Part shown: piece after piece, positions 10,583 to 20,090 of the stretch | How positions within the stretch are numbered: position 1 is the first letter of the stretch | Layout: each line of letters starts with the position of its first letter | Origin: Thermoanaerobaculia bacterium | GTDB taxonomy: Bacteria > Acidobacteriota > Thermoanaerobaculia > UBA5066 > Gp7-AA6 | Assembly: GCA_036395755.1 (NCBI GenBank) | Contig: DASWCZ010000056.1 | Coordinates: 12,074-76,073, forward strand | Direction: 5' to 3' | DNA: 64,000 nt | Made by a program: the position numbers and the translations under genes | Notes under the pieces: model-generated | The model's database searches: none | What the model was told of the DNA's origin: nothing | The model's input: only the letters and a program-made list of their open reading frames with translations

Positions 10583-10652
10583 CGGGGATCGTTGCGATTG
10601 TAACCGCGAGGACCGCGCGGAAACGTTCTCGGATCGCGCTCTGTCCTTTAGA

Positions 10653-11597
10653 ATGGTTCGGATGGCCGTGATGAGTCCGCGTGAGCGCTTTGCGGGCTCC
10701 GTTCTGCCCGCGACGCGGGAGCTTTCGGACCTCCTGATCTCGGCGCGGCCGGCGCAGTGGGTCAAGAATCTCGTCCTGCCCCTGCCGTTTCTGTTCGGGG
10801 GCGCGCTCGCGTCCGCGCGCGGGTGGAAGCTCGCCGCGGCCGGGTTCGTGGTCTTCTGCGCGGTCACGAGCGCGATCTACCTCTTCAACGACGTCATGGA
10901 TCGGGAGCGCGACCGCGCCCATCCGGTCAAGCGGCGACGTCCCTTGGCCGCCGGGTCCCTCGCCATCGCGTCCGCAATCGGTGTCGCGGCGTCGCTCGGC
11001 GCCGGAGGACTGGCGGCGGCGTTTCTGCTCGGAGAGCGGTTCGGTCTCTGGTGCGCGTTGTACGCCCTGCTGATGCTCGCGTACTCGCTCTGGCTGAAGC
11101 GGATTCCCTTTGTCGAGGCCTTGATCGTCGCGGCGGGCCTTCCTCTTCGTGCGCTCGCCGGCGCCGCCCTCGCGGGGTTGCCCGCGTCCGCCTTTCTCAT
11201 GGGCTGTGCGTACCTGCTCGCGCTCTTCCTCGTGATCGGAAAGAGGCAGTGGGAGTTGCAGCACGCCGGAAACGTCTCCTCCTCCGAGCACCGGCCGGTC
11301 CTCGCCTCGTATCGGCACGAAGGACTCGACTTCCTCTTCGTCGTCACGGCGCTCTCGACCGTCGCCGCGTATTCCGCGTACACGGTCGTTCCCACGACCC
11401 TCGCAATGCACGGCGGCCGATCCCTCGCCTCGACCGTACCCTTCGTCGTCCTCGGCGTCGCGCGGTACGTCCGGCTCGTCTATCGGAGGGGCGGGGGCGG
11501 AAGCCCCACCCGCGCTCTCTTGATCGACGACCCCTGGATCCTTCTGATCGTGATGGGCTGGGTCGCGGCGGCCGGCTGGGTCATCTATGCCCGCTGA
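10653..11597 (+). CDS. UbiA-family polyprenyl-phosphate phosphoribosyltransferase (decaprenyl-phosphate phosphoribosyltransferase-like)
   Basis: RPAQWVKNLVLPLPFLFGG and NDVMDRERDRAHPVKRRRPLAAG resemble the Rv3806c-type DPPR synthase motif. Polytopic membrane protein. ATG at 10653, with alternative ATGs at 10662 and 10671. Confidence 0.8.
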   Translation: MVRMAVMSPRERFAGSVLPATRELSDLLISARPAQWVKNLVLPLPFLFGGALASARGWKLAAAGFVVFCAVTSAIYLFNDVMDRERDRAHPVKRRRPLAAGSLAIASAIGVAASLGAGGLAAAFLLGERFGLWCALYALLMLAYSLWLKRIPFVEALIVAAGLPLRALAGAALAGLPASAFLMGCAYLLALFLVIGKRQWELQHAGNVSSSEHRPVLASYRHEGLDFLFVVTALSTVAAYSAYTVVPTTLAMHGGRSLASTVPFVVLGVARYVRLVYRRGGGGSPTRALLIDDPWILLIVMGWVAAAGWVIYAR

Positions 11598-12339
11598 CAA
11601 GGAGCCGCGACTCGGAGTCGGCTTCCTCGCATACAACGAGGAGGGCGCGATCGCCAAGACCGTGGCGGAGGCGGTCGCGTCGCTTTCGGCCGTCGAAGGT
11701 CTCGACTGGCGGATCCTGATCGTCAACGACGGAAGCCGGGACCGGACCGGCGAGATCGCGGAGTCCCTCGCCGCCGCGGACCCGCGGGTCTCGGTCGTGC
11801 ACCACGACGGAAACAAGGGATACGCGGTCGCCACGGAGACGGCGCTGCGCAACGCGCCGGGCGAAGTCGTGATGGTCGTGGACGGGGACGGACAGCACAC
11901 CATGGCCGACGCGCCGCGGTTTCTTGAGGCGATCCGGGAAGGCGCGGACGTCGTCTTCGGCTGGAAGAAGAAGCGCCACGACCCCTTTCCCCGGCTCGTC
12001 CTCTCGAAAGGCTTGAACACGCTCTCCCGCTGGATCCTCGGCTCTCCGCTCCATGACATCAATGGCGGCTGCCGCGCGTTCCGGAAGGACGTGGCCAGGC
12101 GGATCGAGATCCGGCATCGCATCAATTTCGTCGGCGACGAGATCTTCGCGCGGTGCCGGATCGCCGGATGGAAAGTCTCAGAGGTCGTCGTACGCCACTT
12201 CCCCCGGGAAGCGGGGCAGAGCATCCACCGCCCCTGGAAGATGCTCGGAACGATCTCCCGGGTCCTGCGCTACCTCTTCGAGCTCCGCGGAGAAATCCGC
12301 CGGGCCGACGCGATGAGACGTCTGGTCGGAGCGCGCTGA
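11587..12339 (+). CDS. GT2 glycosyltransferase (polyprenyl-phosphate sugar synthase/Dpm1-like)
   Basis: GVGFLAYNEE, VNDGSRDRT and VVDGDGQH are GT-A motifs. The start overlaps the UbiA gene end by 11 nt. Confidence 0.85.
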   Translation: MPADKEPRLGVGFLAYNEEGAIAKTVAEAVASLSAVEGLDWRILIVNDGSRDRTGEIAESLAAADPRVSVVHHDGNKGYAVATETALRNAPGEVVMVVDGDGQHTMADAPRFLEAIREGADVVFGWKKKRHDPFPRLVLSKGLNTLSRWILGSPLHDINGGCRAFRKDVARRIEIRHRINFVGDEIFARCRIAGWKVSEVVVRHFPREAGQSIHRPWKMLGTISRVLRYLFELRGEIRRADAMRRLVGAR

Positions 12340-12353
12340 GCGCGCCGACACGC

Positions 12354-13709
12354 ATGCCACGGATCGCGATCCTCGGGGGAGGCCCAACCGGCCTCGGCGC
12401 GGCGTACCGGCTTCGCGAGCGCGGCGTCGACGACTTCGAGGTCTTCGAGAGGGCCGGCCAGATCGGTGGGCTGGCCACCAGCTTCGAGGACGCGAAGGGT
12501 TACACGTGGGACGTGTCTGGCCACATCATTTTTTCGGGCTACCCGTACTTCAACGAGTTCCTCGAGAAGATGCTCGGCAAGGAGGGAATCCGGCGGATCG
12601 ATCGGGAGAGCTGGATCAAGTTCGAGGACCGTTACGTCCGCTATCCCTTCCAGAACCACCTGTCGTCGCTGCCCGAGCAGGCGATGCTCGAATGCCTGAT
12701 CGGCCTCGTCGAATCGCAGACGATCGACCGGGATCGCGCCTTCAAGAACTTCGAGGAATGGGTGTTCGCGAAGTTCGGCGCGGGGGTCTCGAAGCACTTC
12801 ATGATCCCTTACAACGAGAAGGTCTGGTCCACGCCGCTTTCGCAGATGGGGTTTTACTGGATCGCCGAAAGGGTGAGCGTCGTCGACTGGAAGAAGGCGC
12901 TCGAGACCGCGCTCCTTCCGAAGAACGTCGACTGGGGACCGAACGCGACCTTCGGCTATCCGGCCACGCGCGGGACGGTCGGGCTGTGGCTGGCTGTCCT
13001 GCCCTACCTGGGCGACCGCCTGCGCTGTCGCAAGCGAGCCGTCTGCGTGGACGAGGACGAGCGGGAAATCCGGTTCGCCGACGGCTCATCGGCGAGTTAC
13101 GAAAAACTTCTGACCACGCTGCCGCTCGAAGCCTTCGTCGCTCGACTCGCCCGCGCACCCGAGAGCGTGCGCGCGGCGTCGAAGAGGCTCCTCTTCAATC
13201 GGTTGTTCACGGTGGGGGTGGGACTGAAGCGGCCTTCGCCGTCGACGAAGAACTGGATCTACTTCCCGAACCCGAAGACGCCGTTCTACCGCATGACTTA
13301 CCTCTCGAACTATTCCCCCGACATCGTTCCGGGAGGGGACACGTCGCGACACTGCTCGCTGCTCACGGAGACGACCTACTCGCGGTTCCGGCCGCTGCCC
13401 GGCGGCGATTTCGCGAAATCCGTCGTGGACGGTCTCGTCGCCGAAGAGATCCTGCAGCCGGCAGACCTGCCGGCGATCGAGTCCGTGTACTTGATCCACG
13501 CCGCGCATGCCTATCCGATCCCGAGCGTGGACCGGGACGAGGCGCTCGGGACGATCCAGTCCTATCTCGAGTCGAAGGAGATCTACTCGCGCGGGCGCTT
13601 CGGATCCTGGAAGTACGAGATCGGAAACCAGGACCACTCGCTTATGCAGGGCAAGGAGGTCGTCGACCGCTGGCTGGATGGCTCGGAAGAGAAGGTATTC
13701 CGGAGCTAG
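12354..13709 (+). CDS. glf: FAD-dependent UDP-galactopyranose mutase, eukaryotic (GLF/UgmA)-type
   Basis: Rossmann motif IAILGGGPTGLGAAYRL. Blocks matching fungal/kinetoplastid UGM as I recall it: YTWDVSGHIIFS, YPFQNHLSSLP, WGPNATFGYPATRGTVGLW, WIYFPNPKTPFYRMTYLSNYSP, HAYPIPSVDRDEAL, YSRGRFGSWKYEIGNQDHSLMQG. The ATG at 12354 is the first Met after the GT2 stop. Confidence 0.8.
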   Translation: MPRIAILGGGPTGLGAAYRLRERGVDDFEVFERAGQIGGLATSFEDAKGYTWDVSGHIIFSGYPYFNEFLEKMLGKEGIRRIDRESWIKFEDRYVRYPFQNHLSSLPEQAMLECLIGLVESQTIDRDRAFKNFEEWVFAKFGAGVSKHFMIPYNEKVWSTPLSQMGFYWIAERVSVVDWKKALETALLPKNVDWGPNATFGYPATRGTVGLWLAVLPYLGDRLRCRKRAVCVDEDEREIRFADGSSASYEKLLTTLPLEAFVARLARAPESVRAASKRLLFNRLFTVGVGLKRPSPSTKNWIYFPNPKTPFYRMTYLSNYSPDIVPGGDTSRHCSLLTETTYSRFRPLPGGDFAKSVVDGLVAEEILQPADLPAIESVYLIHAAHAYPIPSVDRDEALGTIQSYLESKEIYSRGRFGSWKYEIGNQDHSLMQGKEVVDRWLDGSEEKVFRS

Positions 13710-13734
13710 CCGGCGGTTCTCCTCTGACGCGGCG

Positions 13735-15681
13735 GTGACGTTGAGACGGAACGGACTCCCGCCCGTCTGGGCGGTCGCGATCGCCCTCCTCGGCCTTTTC
13801 CTGATCGTGGTCGCGCACGTGCCCATGCAACGCCAGCAGATGCCGGCCTGGGCGGCGGCGGCGCTCGTATCCGGCGTGATGGTCTGGGTCGCGCTCGCGA
13901 TCCGTTTTCCCCCTGCGAAAGAGGACCTCGGGCCGCTCGCGCCGTCCGCCGGCGGTCCGCGAATCGTCCCGCTCGCGCTCTGCGCCGTTCTCGCGCCCCT
14001 CGCCTGGATCCACTCGGCCGGCGGGACCTACCGCACGGCCGGAGTGGCGGCGTGGATCGGCGCGGTCGCGTGCTGGCTGGCCGCCTGGCTCCCCGGGAGA
14101 GAGGCGCGCGCGGCGGTGGCGTCCCCGGCCCGATCGGGAGTTCCCGGGCGGGTCCGGGCCCTTGCGGCTCTCGCGGGCATCCTCGTCATCGGCGCGTGGT
14201 TCCTCTTCCACGGGCTCGCCGCGACGCCGGCCAACCCGACGAGCGACCACGCCGAGAAGCTTCTGGACGTCCTCGATCTCATCAACGGGGAGCGCCCGAT
14301 CTTTTTCGTCCGCAACACGGGGCGGGAGCCGTTCCAGTTCTACTGGACTTTCGCTCTGATCGAGATTTTCGGGTTACCGCTCAAATACCTGACTTTGAAG
14401 ATTGGCACCGCTGTCATCGGGCTGGCCGCGCTGCCCGCTCTGTATCTGCTCGGCTGCGAGATGGGCGGCGTGGCCCTGGGCCTCTCGGTGGCGGCCCTCG
14501 CGGCCTGGAGCAAGTGGCCCGTCTCGCTCGCCCGGCAGGGCCTGCGGTACCCGCTGGCAGTCCTACCGGCGGCCGTCGTTCTCTGGGCCCTCCTGCGCTA
14601 CGTCCGCCGGGGCGATCGGGCCTCGGTTCTCTGGGCGGGAGCCGTGATCGGGCTGGGTCTGCACGGATACATCTCCTTTCGGGCCGTGCCTCTCCTGGTC
14701 CCACTCGCGTTCGCGTTCGCTCTCGCCGACCGCCGGAGACGCGGGAGACGAATGGCCGTCGTGGGAGACGGTCTGCTGATCGCGGCGACCGCCGTTCTCG
14801 TTGCCCTGCCCCTCCTTCACTACACGGTGGAGCACCCGGAGCAGTTCTGGTATCGCGCCGCGACGCGAGTCGCGAGCCTCGAGAGACCGATCGGGCAGGA
14901 GCCGCTCGCGATCTTCGGACAGAACGTTCTCCACATGCTTCTCGCGTTCGATTGGCGCGGCGCCTCGACGTGGGTCGTGATCCGCCAGGGCGAGCCTTTC
15001 CTGGATGCGGCCACGGCTGGACTTCTGGTCGCCGGCGTCGTTCTTCTGGCGGCCCGCATTGCGCGGCGATCGTTGCGGTGGACGATCGTCGCTCTCGCGT
15101 TCTTCGTTCTGACGCTTTCCTCGACCCTCTCTCTCGCCTTTCCCGACGAGAACCCCAGCATCAACCGGAGCGGCACGGTGATTCCGGTCATTTTTCTCCT
15201 CGCCGCGCTCCCCGTCGTGGAGCTCCTCGCCCGCCCGCGGCGCCGGATCGCATCGCTCCTGGCCGGCGCCGGCATCGCGATCCTCTTCGTCTTGTCCGGG
15301 ATCCAGAACTACCGCGATTACTTCATCGGCTTCCACCGGAGCTACGAGCAGTCCGTGGATCACTCGATGGCGATGGCTCGCGTCCTCGACGACTACCGCA
15401 GGCAGGGCGTGCCTCTCCGACAGATGTACCTGCTCTACTCCGACTACTGGGTGGACGGACGCAACATCGCGTTCGAGCTCGGCGAGCCATCCTGGGCCTC
15501 CGGCCAGGTCTTCGACCCTGGCAAGCTGCCGCCGGACACCGGAGCGCGTCCTCTCATCTTCCTGCTCGCGCCGGGTAACCCGATCCTGGAGAAGCTCGAG
15601 AAGACCTATCCGACGGGGAAGGTTCGGACCGTCGTCCAGAACTTCGCCGACCGCAACTTCTACGTCTACTCCGTTCCCTGA
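13735..15681 (+). CDS. GT-C fold membrane glycosyltransferase (GT39/ArnT/PMT_2-like)
   Basis: 648-aa polytopic protein from GTG 13735 (VTLRRNGLPPVWAVAIALLGLFLIVVAH). It has many TM helices and a C-terminal soluble domain, with no similarity to transporters. The upstream part of the 13507 ORF overlaps the mutase gene. Confidence 0.7.
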   Translation: MTLRRNGLPPVWAVAIALLGLFLIVVAHVPMQRQQMPAWAAAALVSGVMVWVALAIRFPPAKEDLGPLAPSAGGPRIVPLALCAVLAPLAWIHSAGGTYRTAGVAAWIGAVACWLAAWLPGREARAAVASPARSGVPGRVRALAALAGILVIGAWFLFHGLAATPANPTSDHAEKLLDVLDLINGERPIFFVRNTGREPFQFYWTFALIEIFGLPLKYLTLKIGTAVIGLAALPALYLLGCEMGGVALGLSVAALAAWSKWPVSLARQGLRYPLAVLPAAVVLWALLRYVRRGDRASVLWAGAVIGLGLHGYISFRAVPLLVPLAFAFALADRRRRGRRMAVVGDGLLIAATAVLVALPLLHYTVEHPEQFWYRAATRVASLERPIGQEPLAIFGQNVLHMLLAFDWRGASTWVVIRQGEPFLDAATAGLLVAGVVLLAARIARRSLRWTIVALAFFVLTLSSTLSLAFPDENPSINRSGTVIPVIFLLAALPVVELLARPRRRIASLLAGAGIAILFVLSGIQNYRDYFIGFHRSYEQSVDHSMAMARVLDDYRRQGVPLRQMYLLYSDYWVDGRNIAFELGEPSWASGQVFDPGKLPPDTGARPLIFLLAPGNPILEKLEKTYPTGKVRTVVQNFADRNFYVYSVP

Positions 15682-16526
15682 CGGGCGGCAGAAGCGTTGC
15701 CATCCCGGGCAGCGAAGAGAAAGCCGATGTCGCGGTGAGCCGGGTTGGGGCGCGTTCGAACCCGGAAACCCCGTTCCTCGAGGAAGCGGACGAGGTCGTC
15801 GCGCCCGAAGCGTGTGACCCCCTCGTGGTACTCCATCGCGATGCGCCGGATGCGTTGCAACCCGACCTCGCTCGCCCCGAAGAGGATGTCGTACTCCGCG
15901 CCTTCACAGTCGATCTTGAGAAAATCGCATCGCTCGATTTTCGAGCGCTCGAAGACCTGGTCGAGGGTGATCGCTTCGACGGGAGCCGCGGACCCCTTCT
16001 CTCGCGACAGCGTGCGGGATCGCTCCGCGAGACCCGCCTTGGTCGCCATGTAGAGCCGGCCCGCGTCGGCCGCGACGGCCAGCGGAAACGTGCGTACGTT
16101 GGCGAGCCGGTTCAGCTCGAGGTTCGCGAGAAGGAGGGCGTAGGACTCGGCAAGCGGCTCGAACGCGTAGACGGTGGAATCGGGACATTCCCGCGCGGTC
16201 GAGATCGCGAAATCGCCCAGCCCGGCGCCCAGATCGACCACCGTCCACCCGTTCTCGACCGGCACGAACCCGCGCTCGTAATCCCGGTCCAGGCAGGTCT
16301 CCTTGATGATCCAGATGTCCATCCGGCCGCGCACGCGGAAGCGGCAGCCGGTCGAGAGCTCGATTCCGAACGGGCGGCGGCCGGGAAAACCCAGGAACGC
16401 CGAGAGAACCCGCAGAGGAGGGCGGATCTGTCGAAGGAGGGTCGGGATCGAGCCGACGTAGTAACGCCAGCGCGACAACGGACCGACTCTCGAAAACTCT
16501 CTCGCGTCCACGCTAGCGGAGCACAT
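15666..16526 (-). CDS. FkbM-family SAM-dependent methyltransferase
   Basis: VVDLGAGLGDFAIS, VYAFEP and DFLKIDCEGAEYDIL are typical FkbM motifs. The start overlaps the upstream gene end by 14 nt. Confidence 0.85.
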   Translation of the reverse strand: MCSASVDAREFSRVGPLSRWRYYVGSIPTLLRQIRPPLRVLSAFLGFPGRRPFGIELSTGCRFRVRGRMDIWIIKETCLDRDYERGFVPVENGWTVVDLGAGLGDFAISTARECPDSTVYAFEPLAESYALLLANLELNRLANVRTFPLAVAADAGRLYMATKAGLAERSRTLSREKGSAAPVEAITLDQVFERSKIERCDFLKIDCEGAEYDILFGASEVGLQRIRRIAMEYHEGVTRFGRDDLVRFLEERGFRVRTRPNPAHRDIGFLFAARDGNASAARQGTE

Positions 16527-19071
16527 CCGCGAGGTTCCAGAAGTAGAGGTGGTTCGTCTCGCGGTCCGACACCGCCACGCGGCCGAGCGGGTCCACCGTC
16601 ACGCCGGTCGGTCGTTTGAAGATGCCGTCCGGCCTCCAGGAGTGACGCAGGTTGCCCGCGGCGTCGTACTCGTTGACGCGTCCTTCCGTCGAGTCGGTCG
16701 CGAAAATCGATCCGGTGGGTCCGATCGCGAGGTAAGGCTCGGTGTAGAAGTCTTTCCACCCGAATACTGGGAACTCCCGCACGAACTTGCCTTCGGAGTC
16801 GAATACCTGGATCCGGTGATTGCCGGTGTCCGCGACGTAGACGTTGCCGGCGGCGTCGGCCGCGAGTCCGACCGGCTCGACGAACTGACCCGGACCGCTG
16901 CCGGGCGTGCCCCAATCCGAGACGCGCTTTCCTTCCTTGTCGAATCGGACCACGCGCTTGTTTCCGGTGTCGGCCACGTAGAGGAAGCCGCGCGAGAGAA
17001 GGACGGCGCGGGGTCCGAAGAATCCCCTCACGTCGTCGGTCCAGACCCCGAGCCACGAGCCGTCCGCCTTGAAGCGGGCGATCCGATGGTTCCAGGTGTC
17101 GGCGACGACCACCGTTCCGTCGGCGTCGACGGCGACGCCGCACGGCTCCTTCAACTGCCCGTCACCCGAACCCGAAGTCCCGATCGCCCGGATGAACTGG
17201 CCGTTCGGGTCGAACACCTGGATGCGGCCGTTCTTGGTGTCGGCGACGTACAGGTTGGCGCGGGAATCGGCAGCGAGCCCGCGCGGCTCGTTGAACTGCC
17301 CGTTACCGGACCCCGGCTCTCCGAAGACGCGCGCGGGCGCGACGACTGTCGCGGAGCCGCCCGCATAGTCGCGCGCCGAGGTGTTCTGCAGCGGAACGTT
17401 CAAAGGGGCGAGCGGCCCGGAGCTCGCGAGGTCCTTTCGCACGAAGAAGGTCGAATCCTGGGAGCCGATCGGGCTCCAGATCTCGTGGAAGAGCCACCAG
17501 CGGGCGAGATCGGTCAGCGTCGGCCGAGCGGGCCCGTTCGGGTCGAGCTTGTATTTCTCGGCGAACCACCACGCCCGGATCGGGACGCGTTTGGCGGTGT
17601 ACTGCGCTGCGAGCTGTTTCTCGAGCCCGCCCTGCGGGTCCCAGTCCGAGATGAGGATCGGCGTGGTCGCGTCGTCGATGCGCGTGACCCACTTCGTCGG
17701 CATGTCGCGGAAGTACCAGGTCAGCGGCCAGGAAGCCTCGCCGGCGACGGTGACGACCGCCTCTCCAGGCGCGACTTTCCGGCGCGCGACATCGACCTGC
17801 TCGAGCGCCCGCGTCAGATCGCGGGTCGTCTGCACGTATGCCAGGATCTCGGCGTGCTTCGGCTCGCGCTCCAGGTCATGCGCCCCGTAGCGAAAGCACG
17901 CCAGGAGCATGCCGCTCGCGTTCACGAGAGCGAGGACGAAGAGCACCGCCAGCGCGAGCCGGGGGCGCTTTTCCCGCCGGTCGCGCCAGAGCGACGCGAA
18001 TCCGACCGCTGCGAGGATGGTGATCGGGAGGAGAGCGTGCACGGTCAGCCAGGGGACCTTCTCGCGCGCCCAGGCATAGAGAAGAAGCGACCCGATCGCC
18101 CAGAAAAGCACGAAGCGCAGGAAGGGGGAGGCGCGCTTTCCCGAACGCCGGAAGGCGAAGCAGGCCGCGAAGACTATCGCGGTCTCGTAGTAGAGAAGTT
18201 GTGGAACGTAGTAGTACCAGGGTCCCGGAATGCGCGCGATGGAATGCTGGCCCATCCAGTACTTGATTGCCTTGGGTATCGCGAGCCAGTCCTTCGGATA
18301 CTTCCCGAACGCCGTGTACATCAGCGCCCAGATCGCCAGAAACACGAGCGCCGCCGTGGCGATCGGAAGGATGCGCGCGCGGACCCAGCCCGCGGTTGCG
18401 CGGATGGCCTCGGCGAGCGCGTCTTTCCGCCCCTTCGCCAGCGCGACGCGCTCGACGAGGGCCCAGGCGCCGTAGGCGACGAACAGCACGCCGGTCATGT
18501 AGGCGTTTTCCTTCGTCACGCCGGCGAGCGCGAAAGAAACTGCGGCGAGCGTGAGCCAGTGCGCCCGGTCGGTCTCCAGGAAACTCTGGAATGCCAGGAT
18601 CGTCCCGAGCGTGAACACGAGGGAGTACACGTCCTCCCGGATGAACCGCGAAAAGTACGTCAGGTGCGGCGAGATCAGGACGAGAGCCGCGTACGCCGCG
18701 GCCGCGCCGGTGCCGACCCAGCGGGCGAGCGGGATCGCTGCGGCAATCAGGAGTAGGCCGAAAATCGCCGGGAGGAGCCGGGCCGTCGTGTTCGACGCGC
18801 CCAGCAGCCGGTAGACGAGAGCATTCGCGTAGTAAAGGAACGGCCCGTGGTAGGCCGGGTCGTATCGCCAGTTGCCGTCCTTCATCAGCGTGTAGGACTG
18901 GTGCGCGTGAATCGATTCGTCGTGATGGAACGGCCGGTCGCCGAGAGACCAGAACCTCGTCGTCAGAGCCAGGAGCGCGATCAGGATCCCGGCGGCCGCG
19001 ACCGCCTGCCGTCGAGCTGGCGCGCGTTCCGGTCTCTCCTCGATCTTTTCGAGGGTCTGCGGCTCCGTCAC
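16513..19071 (-). CDS. TIGR03663-like GT-C membrane protein fused to a C-terminal NHL-repeat beta-propeller
   Basis: N-terminal ~540-aa polytopic region with RPFHHDESIHAHQSY...YDPAYHGPFLYY. C-terminal ~290 aa carry NHL repeats (LYVADTKNGRIQVFD, VVVADTWNHRIARF, LYVADTGNKRVVRFD, VYVADTGNHRIQVFD). GTG at 19071 overlaps the upstream stop as GTGA. Confidence 0.8.
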   Translation of the reverse strand: MTEPQTLEKIEERPERAPARRQAVAAAGILIALLALTTRFWSLGDRPFHHDESIHAHQSYTLMKDGNWRYDPAYHGPFLYYANALVYRLLGASNTTARLLPAIFGLLLIAAAIPLARWVGTGAAAAYAALVLISPHLTYFSRFIREDVYSLVFTLGTILAFQSFLETDRAHWLTLAAVSFALAGVTKENAYMTGVLFVAYGAWALVERVALAKGRKDALAEAIRATAGWVRARILPIATAALVFLAIWALMYTAFGKYPKDWLAIPKAIKYWMGQHSIARIPGPWYYYVPQLLYYETAIVFAACFAFRRSGKRASPFLRFVLFWAIGSLLLYAWAREKVPWLTVHALLPITILAAVGFASLWRDRREKRPRLALAVLFVLALVNASGMLLACFRYGAHDLEREPKHAEILAYVQTTRDLTRALEQVDVARRKVAPGEAVVTVAGEASWPLTWYFRDMPTKWVTRIDDATTPILISDWDPQGGLEKQLAAQYTAKRVPIRAWWFAEKYKLDPNGPARPTLTDLARWWLFHEIWSPIGSQDSTFFVRKDLASSGPLAPLNVPLQNTSARDYAGGSATVVAPARVFGEPGSGNGQFNEPRGLAADSRANLYVADTKNGRIQVFDPNGQFIRAIGTSGSGDGQLKEPCGVAVDADGTVVVADTWNHRIARFKADGSWLGVWTDDVRGFFGPRAVLLSRGFLYVADTGNKRVVRFDKEGKRVSDWGTPGSGPGQFVEPVGLAADAAGNVYVADTGNHRIQVFDSEGKFVREFPVFGWKDFYTEPYLAIGPTGSIFATDSTEGRVNEYDAAGNLRHSWRPDGIFKRPTGVTVDPLGRVAVSDRETNHLYFWNLADVLR

Positions 19072-20090
19072 GGCTTCTTGCTGCCGGGGAGAAGGATCTT
19101 CGACACCCCATTGCTGGCGGAGTTGACGACGTACACGATGCGCTGCTTGCCGTCCAGAGCGAGTCCCGTCGGGCGCGCGAACGGCTTGCCCGAATCGTCG
19201 GAGCTCCACGTGTTTCGAACGGTTCCTCCGCTCGCGAGCTCGAGGACGGTGTTCCCGTTGGGATTGGTCACGTAGATCTCTCCCGTCTCGCCGACCTCGA
19301 GGAACGGTTCGGCCGCCCCTTCCCAAGCGGCGACCGGCAGTGATTTCTGGAACCGGCCTTCTTTATCGAGAACTTCGATCCGCCGATTACCGATGTCCGC
19401 GACGTAGACCTGCCCGCTGGGTCCGACGCCGATGCCAACCGGGCTCGAGAACTCGCCGGGGCCGGCGCCGAGCTTGCCGATCGCCCGCTGTTCCCCGAGC
19501 GACCGGTTGAAGACCACCACTTTGTGGTTGCCCGTGTCCGTGATCCACACCTTTCCGTCGGGCGCCGCAGCGACTCCGCGCGGTCCGAAGAATCCGGCTG
19601 CGGTCGCCTTCCATTCCCCCTTCACCGTGTAGTACTGGATCCGTCCGTTCCAGGTGTCCGCGACGTAGAGATCTTCTCCGCGCGCCGCGACGCCGGCGGG
19701 CTGCCTCAGACTAAAGGTCCCGTTACCCGGATTTCCCCAGCCGCCGAGGTATCCGCCGTTGCCGTCGAAGACCCGGATGCGCGAGTTGCCGAAGTCTGCA
19801 ATCCACAGCCTTCCTTCTCCATCCAGGGTCGCGTCGCGCGGCTCGCTCATGCCCGCGAAAGGCGGTCGCTCCTGGACGGGCGCCGAGCGGATCGACGGCT
19901 CCGTTGGCTCGCCGGGGTGCTTCGCCGCCGCCGGAGCCGCGCCCTCCGGCTTTGCCGGCGCTTCCTTTCGCCGGCACGCGATCGGAACGACGAGGAAAAG
20001 TAGGGCGAGCGCGACGCCGACTCCGGGGTGGCGGAAGCGTTTCGCGGGGGAGGGCTCCGTCCGGACGTGCGACGAGGATGAATCGGTCAC
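19068..20090 (-). CDS. NHL-repeat beta-propeller lipoprotein
   Basis: GTG at 20090 overlaps the upstream stop as GTGA. Lipoprotein signal ...GVGVALALLFLVVPIAC, a Pro/Ala linker, then a 265-aa NHL domain paralogous to the C-terminus of the upstream giant protein. Confidence 0.85.
   Translation of the reverse strand: MTDSSSSHVRTEPSPAKRFRHPGVGVALALLFLVVPIACRRKEAPAKPEGAAPAAAKHPGEPTEPSIRSAPVQERPPFAGMSEPRDATLDGEGRLWIADFGNSRIRVFDGNGGYLGGWGNPGNGTFSLRQPAGVAARGEDLYVADTWNGRIQYYTVKGEWKATAAGFFGPRGVAAAPDGKVWITDTGNHKVVVFNRSLGEQRAIGKLGAGPGEFSSPVGIGVGPSGQVYVADIGNRRIEVLDKEGRFQKSLPVAAWEGAAEPFLEVGETGEIYVTNPNGNTVLELASGGTVRNTWSSDDSGKPFARPTGLALDGKQRIVYVVNSASNGVSKILLPGSKKP

Noticed and set aside
8604-12224. 1206-aa ORF on the minus strand spanning the kinase, UbiA and GT2 region.
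   Set aside because: Its translation is extremely Arg/Pro/Gly/Asp-rich with no recognisable domains. It lies out of frame or antisense to three genes that have clear family motifs. This is a typical high-GC shadow ORF.
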